Positions 26,770 through 33,602 of a stretch of 33,602 nt of DNA are shown here, piece by piece. The notes under the pieces are model-generated. The model was not told where the DNA came from. It saw only the letters and a list, made by a program, of their open reading frames with translations, and did no database searches. How positions within the stretch are numbered: the stretch's first letter is position 1; the number at the start of each line of letters is the position of its first letter. Made by a program: the position numbers and the translations under genes. The stretch covers positions 1-33,602 of IMG/VR virus record IMGVR_UViG_3300005805_000262; one strand, 5' to 3'. The DNA is from a virus (Duplodnaviria > Caudoviricetes).

Positions 26770-27327
26770 ATGGCTACAACTACAGGATGTCCGATACCTT
26801 CAAATATTAATCCGTTAAGTCCTAATGGGTTTAAGTTATCGATCAATAAATTACCGGGTGTATCATATTTTGCTCAAGAAGTTAATTTACCTGAACTAAG
26901 TTTAGGTGATATTGAAATGGGTACTCCTCTCTCACGTGCTAAAATTCCAGGAGAGATGATGACATTTGGTGATCTAAACTTTCAATTTATTATTGATGAG
27001 AATATGACTAACTATACTGCAATCTATAATTGGATGACTGGTTTAGGATTTCCTAATACTCATCAAGAATATACAGATTATATTGAAGAACAAACTAAAA
27101 GTACTAATCCATTACGAAACATATATGATACTAGCGAGATAGCAAAAGGTTATTCAGATGGTACACTGGAGATATTAGCTAGTAATAATGTTCCTGTTAA
27201 GTCTGTTATATTCACTGATCTATTTCCAGTGTCTCTTAGTTCATTAACCTTTCAATCAACGGTGTCTGATATCGTCTACTTGATTGGTAACGCAACATTT
27301 AAGTATACAACATTTAAATTACTTTAA
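26770..27327 (+). CDS. gp3: Tail tube terminator/completion protein gp3
   Basis: NPLSPNGFKL, YFAQEVNLP, FIIDENMTNY..IYNWM, SDGTLEIL, FPVSLSSLTF; follows gp23 as in aquatic T4-like phages. Confidence 0.85.
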   Translation: MATTTGCPIPSNINPLSPNGFKLSINKLPGVSYFAQEVNLPELSLGDIEMGTPLSRAKIPGEMMTFGDLNFQFIIDENMTNYTAIYNWMTGLGFPNTHQEYTDYIEEQTKSTNPLRNIYDTSEIAKGYSDGTLEILASNNVPVKSVIFTDLFPVSLSSLTFQSTVSDIVYLIGNATFKYTTFKLL

Positions 27328-27330
27328 CAG

Positions 27331-27359
27331 TTTACATTAAATCGGTCTTATGATATAAT
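27331..27359 (+). promoter_or_regulatory. Sigma70-type (early-like) promoter for uvsY
   Basis: (G)TTTACA-17 nt-TATAAT, matching the T4-like early promoter pattern. Confidence 0.8.
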
Positions 27360-27385
27360 ATAATTTTGACTGATGTGAGATAATT

Positions 27386-27823
27386 ATGAATATTGATGAA
27401 ATACAAACTATGTGGGAAGCTGACTGCCAGATGAGTGATAATCATCTAGGTGAAGAAGCAACTAAGTCTGCTTTACTACACTCTAAATATATAAAGCTTA
27501 TAATTCAAGTTAAGTTAAAGTTAACTAAAGCTCGTGCTGACTATAATAATCTACGCAAAAATAAGTTTAGATATTATAGAGGTGAATTATCTAGAGAAGA
27601 ACTACAACAACTAGGTTGGGAACAATACCAACTTATCAAACCTCTTAAAAATGAGATGGATGAAATACTCCAAGGCGATTCAGAACTAATTACACTTAAT
27701 GCAAAAATTGAATATCTTGAAACTATGGGATATCTATTAGAGTCAATACTAGGTCAAATTAAACAACGTGATTGGCAACTTAAAACTGCAGTTGAATGGA
27801 AGAGATTCCTAGCTGGAATGTAA
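27386..27823 (+). CDS. uvsY: Recombination mediator UvsY
   Basis: LHSKY, RYYRG, I..RDWQLKTAVEWKRFLAG C-terminus; adjacent to uvsW. Confidence 0.88.
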   Translation: MNIDEIQTMWEADCQMSDNHLGEEATKSALLHSKYIKLIIQVKLKLTKARADYNNLRKNKFRYYRGELSREELQQLGWEQYQLIKPLKNEMDEILQGDSELITLNAKIEYLETMGYLLESILGQIKQRDWQLKTAVEWKRFLAGM

Positions 27824-29316
27824 TGAAATTAACAGTTGAAAAAATATCTGAAGTCTATATAAGAGTCTATGGAGATGTTTCGTGCGAACAAGATCTAGAA
27901 GGATTCTTTACGTATGAAGTTCCAGGTGCTCGATTTACTCCTAAGTTTAGAGCAAGATTATGGGATGGTAAAGTTCGACTGTATTCTCTTATTCGTAAAA
28001 CTCTCTATGTAGGTTTATATCCATATCTAGTAGAATTCTGTAATCGTCATGGATATGAATTAACATTTAAAGCAACTGATGAATATAGTTCTATACTAGA
28101 TAAAGAAGATATTTCAAAAAATAAAGTAGATGAATATGTAGAGTCTTTAAACATGTATGCGCGTGGAGAACCAATTCCAGCTCGTGATTATCAATTAGAA
28201 GCAATCTATCACGCGATCAGTAATAATAGAACAGTATTACTATCTCCAACTGCTTCTGGTAAGTCATTCATGATTTACTGTCTAATTAGATACCATCTTG
28301 AACATGATCGTAAATGTATTATCGTAGTTCCAACAACATCATTAGTCGAACAAATGTATTCAGACTTTGAAGATTATTCAAGTCATAATGGTTTCTCTGT
28401 AAAAAATAACTGTCAAAAATTATATTCAGGTTTTACTCGTCAAATTACTACTAATGTTCTTATTACAACATGGCAATCCATTTATAAACAACCAAAGGAT
28501 TGGTTTGAACAATTTGATATGATTGTTGGCGATGAAGCGCATCAATTTAAAGCTACTTCATTGGTGACTATTATGGAACGAATGCAGCATGTCAAGTATA
28601 GAATCGGTACTACAGGTACTATCGACAATAAGAAACTTAATCAACTAACTCTTGAAGGTCTATTTGGTCCAGTTCATCGTGTTACAACTACAAAAGAACT
28701 TATGGATTCAGGACGAGTAGTTCCAATCGATATTAACTGTTTAATATTACAGTATAAAGAGGAAGTTAGAAAAGCTTGTAAAGAACAAGATTATAATGAA
28801 GAGATGCAATTTCTTATTGCAAACGAGTCTAGAAACAAATTCATTCGTAATTTAGCGCTTAACTGTAAAGGTAATACATTGGTATTATTTCAATTTGTTG
28901 AGAAACATGGTATACCTCTTTATGAAGATATTAAAGCTAAAGCTATGGGTAAAAATGTCTACATAGTTCACGGTGGAGTAGAAACTTTAGATAGAGAAGA
29001 AATTCGTAAGAATACAGAACTTGATGATAATACTATCATTGTAGCTTCTTATGCTACGTTTTCTACGGGTATAAATATTCCTAGTATAGAGAACATTATC
29101 TTTGCGTCACCGACTAAATCTAAGATTCGAAATCTTCAGTCTATCGGTCGTGGTTTAAGATTAAAAGATGGTAAGACGCATTTAAAACTATACGATATTG
29201 CTGATAATCTACAACATAAATCTAGAAAGAACCACACATTGGGACACTTTGTTGAACGCGTTAAGATTTACTCTGAAGAAAAATTCGATTACAAAATCCA
29301 TGAGGTACACATCTAA
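27823..29316 (+). CDS. uvsW: SF2 helicase UvsW (start reassigned to ATG 27823)
   Basis: WDGKVRL, RDYQ, SPTASGKS, DEAH, GTTGT, FSTGINIP, QSIGRGLR; TAATG overlap with uvsY. Confidence 0.95.
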   Translation: MKLTVEKISEVYIRVYGDVSCEQDLEGFFTYEVPGARFTPKFRARLWDGKVRLYSLIRKTLYVGLYPYLVEFCNRHGYELTFKATDEYSSILDKEDISKNKVDEYVESLNMYARGEPIPARDYQLEAIYHAISNNRTVLLSPTASGKSFMIYCLIRYHLEHDRKCIIVVPTTSLVEQMYSDFEDYSSHNGFSVKNNCQKLYSGFTRQITTNVLITTWQSIYKQPKDWFEQFDMIVGDEAHQFKATSLVTIMERMQHVKYRIGTTGTIDNKKLNQLTLEGLFGPVHRVTTTKELMDSGRVVPIDINCLILQYKEEVRKACKEQDYNEEMQFLIANESRNKFIRNLALNCKGNTLVLFQFVEKHGIPLYEDIKAKAMGKNVYIVHGGVETLDREEIRKNTELDDNTIIVASYATFSTGINIPSIENIIFASPTKSKIRNLQSIGRGLRLKDGKTHLKLYDIADNLQHKSRKNHTLGHFVERVKIYSEEKFDYKIHEVHI

Positions 29317-29753
29317 TGGAAGCAAATAGATATGTTGTTATGAAGTTAGTCTCTGGAGAAGAGATACTTGGTCATCTTACTTCTGAAGATGATTATGATA
29401 TTCGTGTATTATTTCCAATGATAGTTAAACACGTCAATAGAAATATTCAAGGTCGACTTATGGAATCTATTGTATTAGGTCCATGGACTCATTTTTCTGC
29501 TGAAGATGAGTTTACATTTAATAAACAACATTTAATATTCTTGAAAGATCTAGATGAGCGTTACATAGATGAGTATAATAGATCAGTAGACGAATCTCTC
29601 GGCAATATCCCAGATCCTGAACCCTATAATCCTGAGGAGCTCAAGCAGCTAACCGATAAACTAAGTAATTTGTTTAGAGATAGACTAAAGGAAGATTTAG
29701 AAGAAGATTTAGAACCTAAAATAGTACTAGATATATCTAAGACTATTCATTAG
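29316..29753 (+). CDS. Conserved hypothetical protein between uvsW and gp55 (Sm/SH3-like N-terminus)
   Basis: VMKLVSGEEILG motif, acidic tail ending TIH; this position is commonly occupied in aquatic T4-like phages. Confidence 0.7.
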   Translation: MEANRYVVMKLVSGEEILGHLTSEDDYDIRVLFPMIVKHVNRNIQGRLMESIVLGPWTHFSAEDEFTFNKQHLIFLKDLDERYIDEYNRSVDESLGNIPDPEPYNPEELKQLTDKLSNLFRDRLKEDLEEDLEPKIVLDISKTIH

Positions 29754-29768
29754 GAACCCGATATAGTT

Positions 29769-29797
29769 ATAATACACCCATCCAGATTTAATGTACA
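29769..29797 (-). promoter_or_regulatory. Candidate antisense sigma70-type promoter
   Basis: Minus strand reads TGTACA-ttaaatctggatgggtg (17 nt)-TATTAT and shares TACATTAAATC with the uvsY promoter. Confidence 0.55.
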
Positions 29798-29880
29798 ATT
29801 ATTTTTTAATTTTCGCTTGTATTATATCAGCATTTATTTTCTATTACTATTGGGAAGAAGATGATGACGATGATTACTAA
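29791..29880 (+). CDS. Possible 29-aa single-pass membrane peptide with acidic tail
   Basis: Hand translation MYNYFLIFACIISAFIFYYYWEEDDDDDY*; no clear Shine-Dalgarno. Confidence 0.4.
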   Translation: MYNYFLIFACIISAFIFYYYWEEDDDDDY

Positions 29881-29886
29881 ATTAAT

Positions 29887-29915
29887 TTCATATTAATCCA
29901 ATTCTATTATATAAT
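29887..29915 (+). promoter_or_regulatory. Sigma70-type promoter for gp55-gp47-gp46
   Basis: TTCATA-17 nt (starting TTAA, as in the other promoters)-TATAAT; AAGG Shine-Dalgarno downstream. Confidence 0.6.
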
Positions 29916-29941
29916 GAACTTATATTATAAAGGTAACATTA

Positions 29942-30496
29942 ATGACTGAAGTAAAAAAACCAGTCCACTACGTGGACAATGTTCGTTTTCTTGAAGAGAT
30001 ACAAAAATATCAGAAAGCGTGCGCTGAAGCAGAATCTTGTGGAGACGAAAAACCAATCATTCCAAATTATCTTGGTGAATGTATTTTAAAGATAGCAACT
30101 AAGTTAGCCAATAGGCCAAACTTCATTAACTATTCTTATAAAGATGATATGATTCTTGATGGCATTGAAAACTGCATTCAGTATTTTGATAACTTTGATC
30201 CAACTAAATCTAGTAATCCATTCTCGTATTTCACACAAATTATTTACTATGCATTCCTACGTCGAATTGATAAAGAAAAGAAACAATCTTATATTAAAGG
30301 TAAACTTATTCGTGATACAACTATAGAATCTTTTGAAGTACAAGATTCAGATCATGATGAAGATTTCCATAATGCATACGTTGGATTCATGCAACAACAT
30401 GGAACTTTTGATGATCAGTTTGAAGAGAAACGTAAAAAGAAAAAGAAAAAGTCTGCAGTAACTCTAGATAATTTTATTGAAGGCGATCATGAGTAA
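29942..30496 (+). CDS. gp55: Late-transcription sigma factor gp55
   Basis: HYVDN, YLGECILKIA, PNFINYSYKDDMILDGIENC, NPFSYFTQIIYYAFLRRI.KEKKQ; C-terminal TLDNFIE resembles the sliding-clamp-binding peptide. Confidence 0.95.
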   Translation: MTEVKKPVHYVDNVRFLEEIQKYQKACAEAESCGDEKPIIPNYLGECILKIATKLANRPNFINYSYKDDMILDGIENCIQYFDNFDPTKSSNPFSYFTQIIYYAFLRRIDKEKKQSYIKGKLIRDTTIESFEVQDSDHDEDFHNAYVGFMQQHGTFDDQFEEKRKKKKKKSAVTLDNFIEGDHE

Positions 30497-31547
30497 ATTT
30501 GTAGTTTTAGGTGATACTCATTTTGGTGTGCGTGGAGATTCTCTAAAGTTTCACGCTTACATGAAAAAGTTCTATCACGAAACTTTATTTCCATACATGC
30601 AAGAACATAATATTAAAGTCATATATCAACTTGGAGATCTATTTGATCGACGCAAGTTTATTAACTTTAATACTTTAGCTGAATGTAAGCAATACTTCTT
30701 TGATGAACTAAAAGCAAGAGGCATACAACTTATAACTCTACTAGGTAATCATGACATCTTTTGGAAAGAATCTTTAGAAGTCAACGCACAATCATTAATA
30801 CTTGGTGAATATAATAATATTACAATCATTGATAAACCAACTATTATGCATGAAGATAATGCATCAATAGATCTTATACCATGGATCTGTAAGGAGAATG
30901 AAAATGATGTCTTTAGTTTTATTGATAATAGTAAGTCTGATCTTTGCTTGGGCCATTTTGAAATAGCTGGGTTTCCAATGTATCGTGGCATGCATGCAGA
31001 AGAGGGCTTATCTCATGATATGTTTGCTAAATATGAAAGAGTTTTGTCAGGTCATTATCATACAAGATCTAAAGCAGAAAACATAGAATATATTGGTACA
31101 CCATATGAAATGACATGGCAAGATGCTGGTGATCTAAAAGGTTTCTCTGTATTTGATACTGAAACTCGTGAATTAACATTTGTTCAAAATCCATTTACTA
31201 TTCATGAGAAGATTACTTATGATGATAAAGACAAAGAACCAATAGATTTAAAACAAGTAGATATAAAGGAGAAATACGTTAAGTTGGTTGTTATAAATAA
31301 AACGGATCTGTATAAGTTTGATCGATTCGTTAATCAACTATACGAACAAGAACCGTATGAAGTTAAAATCATTGAGGATTTATCTGAGTTCAATGAAGGT
31401 ACCATTGATTCTGAGATTAATCTGGAAGATACTATTAGTATTCTTGGTAATTATATTGATTCCGTCGAAACGGAAGGAGATAAAGAATCTATTAAAACCT
31501 TTGTAAAAGGGTTATACATGGAAGCTATTAATATGGAGGTCGTTTGA
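30489..31547 (+). CDS. gp47: Recombination endonuclease subunit gp47 (Mre11/SbcD-like); start reassigned to ATG 30489
   Basis: Metallophosphoesterase motifs GDTHFG, GDLFD, GNHD, GHFE, SGHYH. Confidence 0.94.
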   Translation: MSKFVVLGDTHFGVRGDSLKFHAYMKKFYHETLFPYMQEHNIKVIYQLGDLFDRRKFINFNTLAECKQYFFDELKARGIQLITLLGNHDIFWKESLEVNAQSLILGEYNNITIIDKPTIMHEDNASIDLIPWICKENENDVFSFIDNSKSDLCLGHFEIAGFPMYRGMHAEEGLSHDMFAKYERVLSGHYHTRSKAENIEYIGTPYEMTWQDAGDLKGFSVFDTETRELTFVQNPFTIHEKITYDDKDKEPIDLKQVDIKEKYVKLVVINKTDLYKFDRFVNQLYEQEPYEVKIIEDLSEFNEGTIDSEINLEDTISILGNYIDSVETEGDKESIKTFVKGLYMEAINMEVV

Positions 31548-33262
31548 TAATATTCAAATCAGTAAGTTGGAAAAACTTTCTGTCAACAGGCAATACCCCA
31601 AATAAAGTAGAATTAAATAATCACTCAACAACCTTGATCGTTGGAAAGAACGGAGAAGGTAAGTCCACTATCCTTGATGCACTTACCTTTTCTCTGTTCA
31701 ATAAGCCTTTTCGCGATATCAACAAAGGGCAATTAGTAAATTCTATTAATCAAAAGAATTGTCTTGTAGAGATTGAGTTTGATATTGGCCCTATTCAGTA
31801 TAAAGTTGTTCGTGGTATGAAACCAAATATCTTTGAGATCTACCAGAACGGTAATCTTATTAATCAAGACGCAGCATCAAGAGATTATCAATCAGTACTT
31901 GAACAACAAATTCTTAAATTAAACTATAAAACATTTACTCAAGTTGTTATATTAGGTTCTGCATCATTTATCCCATTTATGCAACTTCCGTCAGGTCAAC
32001 GAAGAGAGGTTATTGAAGACATTCTTGATATTAAAGTATTCTCAGTGATGAATAATATTTTAAAAGAAAAGATGGCTGAAACTAAAGAAGATATTAATAG
32101 TATTGATACAGAGATTCGAATCATTACTGAGAAAGCTAAAGCACAAAAAAGTTTAATTGATTCTCTTCAACATTCTAAAGATCAAAACACTAAAGTTATT
32201 ACTGATAAGATTCAGGCAAATATTGACGAGATCTCAGACAAGACCCATCTTGTAGATCTATTGAATAAAGATATTGAAGAACTTAATTTACAATTAAATA
32301 ATAAATTAGATGTCGATAAGAATCTTGATTTATGTAAAACTAATATGAATAAGCTTCAACAGAAGATGGCTCAAGCAGATGAACATATATCATTCTTTAG
32401 TTCAAATGAAACCTGTCCGTCATGCGAACAAGGCATTCAGCATGAACATAAGAATAAGATTATTAGTAAGATATCTCATGATAAGCAAGAACTTAATAAT
32501 GGTATGTCAACATTAAATTCTGCTTATACTAAACTCAGTCAAGATCTACAAGAGAAACAAGAATTACTTAAACAAATCCAAGATAAAAATATTTTAATAT
32601 CAACTGAAATATCTGCTATGAATTTACTTATTAAAGCAAATAAAGAGTTTGAGAAAGAGATCTCTGAGCTATCTGTTCAAGGCGATATCGATGCTGAAAA
32701 AGAAAAAATCAAAACGCTTGCTAATGAAGCATTAGAAAAAAATAATGCTAAGATGGATTTAGTTAAACAAAAGAATCTACAAGATATCGCATCAGTGTTA
32801 TTAAGAGATACTGGTATTAAGACCACGATTATTCGTGAGTATCTACCAGCAATGAATAAACTTATTAATATGTATTTGTCCGCAATGGACTTTTTCGTCA
32901 AGTTTGAACTAGATGAATCTTTTAATGAGATCATTAGGTCTAGATTTAGAGACGAATTTACTTATGCATCCTTTTCTGAAGGAGAAAAGATGCGTATCGA
33001 CTTGGCTATCCTATTTACATGGAGACAGATTGCCAAGATGAAAAACTCAGTCAATACTAATCTACTAATTTTAGACGAGATCTTTGATTCTAGTCTTGAC
33101 GTGGCTGGCACTGACTATTTCCTATCAGTCATGGATACATTAGGAGAGAATTCTAACGTATTTGTGATATCACATAAGGGTGATGTTCTATTAGATAAAT
33201 TCAAGAACAACATTCGATTCGAAAAGACTAATGACTTTAGCACGGTAGTCAACAACTCGTAG
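31544..33262 (+). CDS. gp46: Recombination ATPase gp46 (Rad50/SbcC-like), TTG start
   Basis: WKNFLSTGN, Walker A GKNGEGKST, zinc hook CPSC, signature FSEGEK, Walker B LILDE, ISH; GGAGG Shine-Dalgarno before TTG. Confidence 0.95.
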   Translation: MIIFKSVSWKNFLSTGNTPNKVELNNHSTTLIVGKNGEGKSTILDALTFSLFNKPFRDINKGQLVNSINQKNCLVEIEFDIGPIQYKVVRGMKPNIFEIYQNGNLINQDAASRDYQSVLEQQILKLNYKTFTQVVILGSASFIPFMQLPSGQRREVIEDILDIKVFSVMNNILKEKMAETKEDINSIDTEIRIITEKAKAQKSLIDSLQHSKDQNTKVITDKIQANIDEISDKTHLVDLLNKDIEELNLQLNNKLDVDKNLDLCKTNMNKLQQKMAQADEHISFFSSNETCPSCEQGIQHEHKNKIISKISHDKQELNNGMSTLNSAYTKLSQDLQEKQELLKQIQDKNILISTEISAMNLLIKANKEFEKEISELSVQGDIDAEKEKIKTLANEALEKNNAKMDLVKQKNLQDIASVLLRDTGIKTTIIREYLPAMNKLINMYLSAMDFFVKFELDESFNEIIRSRFRDEFTYASFSEGEKMRIDLAILFTWRQIAKMKNSVNTNLLILDEIFDSSLDVAGTDYFLSVMDTLGENSNVFVISHKGDVLLDKFKNNIRFEKTNDFSTVVNNS

Positions 33263-33320
33263 TTTAAAAATAGTTCTATAAGTAAACTATCAGTTTATCC
33301 TGGTGTATCTTTTTAAACTA
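33260..33320. repeat. Perfect 11-bp inverted repeat (TAGTTTAAAAA / TTTTTAAACTA), 39-nt spacer
   Basis: Arms at 33260-33270 and 33310-33320, read directly from the sequence. Confidence 0.6.
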
Positions 33321-33356
33321 TTTTATAAGTTATTAATTTTACACCTAAAATAACTA

Positions 33357-33385
33357 TTTACTTTAATTGGCCTTTAAGATATAAT
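33357..33385 (+). promoter_or_regulatory. Sigma70-type (early-like) promoter
   Basis: TTTACT-17 nt (TTAA...GA)-TATAAT, with an AT-rich UP-like region upstream and AGGAG Shine-Dalgarno downstream. Confidence 0.82.
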
Positions 33386-33407
33386 ACTCTTTTAAATAGG
33401 AGATTAT

Positions 33408-33590
33408 ATGACTACTACTAAAACTTACTATCTACAATATAAACCATCTGAAAACCGCCTTCTTATTGACACAAGAGTGCATTTAGACTGTGATGAAAAA
33501 GAACAAACACTAGCATCATCTTGGATAAGTGCTAAAGCCAATTTTGGATATCCTTTAACATCTCTACAAGAATACCTTTTAAATCAATAA
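33408..33590 (+). CDS. Small hypothetical (probably early) protein
   Basis: 60 aa, with its own promoter and AGGAG Shine-Dalgarno. Confidence 0.7.
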   Translation: MTTTKTYYLQYKPSENRLLIDTRVHLDCDEKEQTLASSWISAKANFGYPLTSLQEYLLNQ

Positions 33591-33602
33591 CTTATATATA
33601 AC

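Noticed and set aside
29070-29077. TATAAATA inside uvsW (another at 31292-31299 inside gp47)
   Set aside because: Both lie in coding sequence (GINI and VINK), and a few chance matches are expected in DNA this AT-rich.
16210-33262. Introns, inteins or homing endonucleases in gp17, gp20, gp23, uvsW or gp46
   Set aside because: The ORFs are continuous and of ordinary length, with no LAGLIDADG, HNH, GIY-YIG or intein splice motifs seen.
1-33602. Stop-codon reassignment
   Set aside because: Core genes are full length in the standard code, and TAA, TAG and TGA all occur as stops at expected gene ends.

Overview
This is an AT-rich segment of a T4-like myovirus genome with essentially all genes on the + strand. 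The gene order resembles aquatic cyanophage/pelagiphage-type T4-likes rather than enteric Tevenvirinae. 1-13448 is an accessory virion-fibre/appendage cluster where T4 has gp12/wac. It holds a SAM-dependent methyltransferase, an unannotated 52-aa membrane peptide, a 1503-aa multi-beta-propeller protein with an apparently intact type-1 copper (cupredoxin) site, a collagen-like mini-fibre, and four mosaic beta-rich proteins built from shared insertable modules. 13460-27327 is the core morphogenesis module: gp13, gp14, gp15, gp17, gp18, gp19, gp20, four small prohead-region ORFs, gp21, gp22, gp23, gp3. It is driven by TATAAATA late promoters, and there is no gp16 between gp15 and gp17. 27386-33262 holds uvsY, uvsW, a conserved hypothetical, gp55, gp47 and gp46, with sigma70-type TTTACW-N17-TATAAT promoters; one related promoter points antisense into uvsW. 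I saw no tRNA, rRNA, CRISPR array, intron, intein or transposase. All gene calls rest on motif recognition and synteny by eye; no database search was run.
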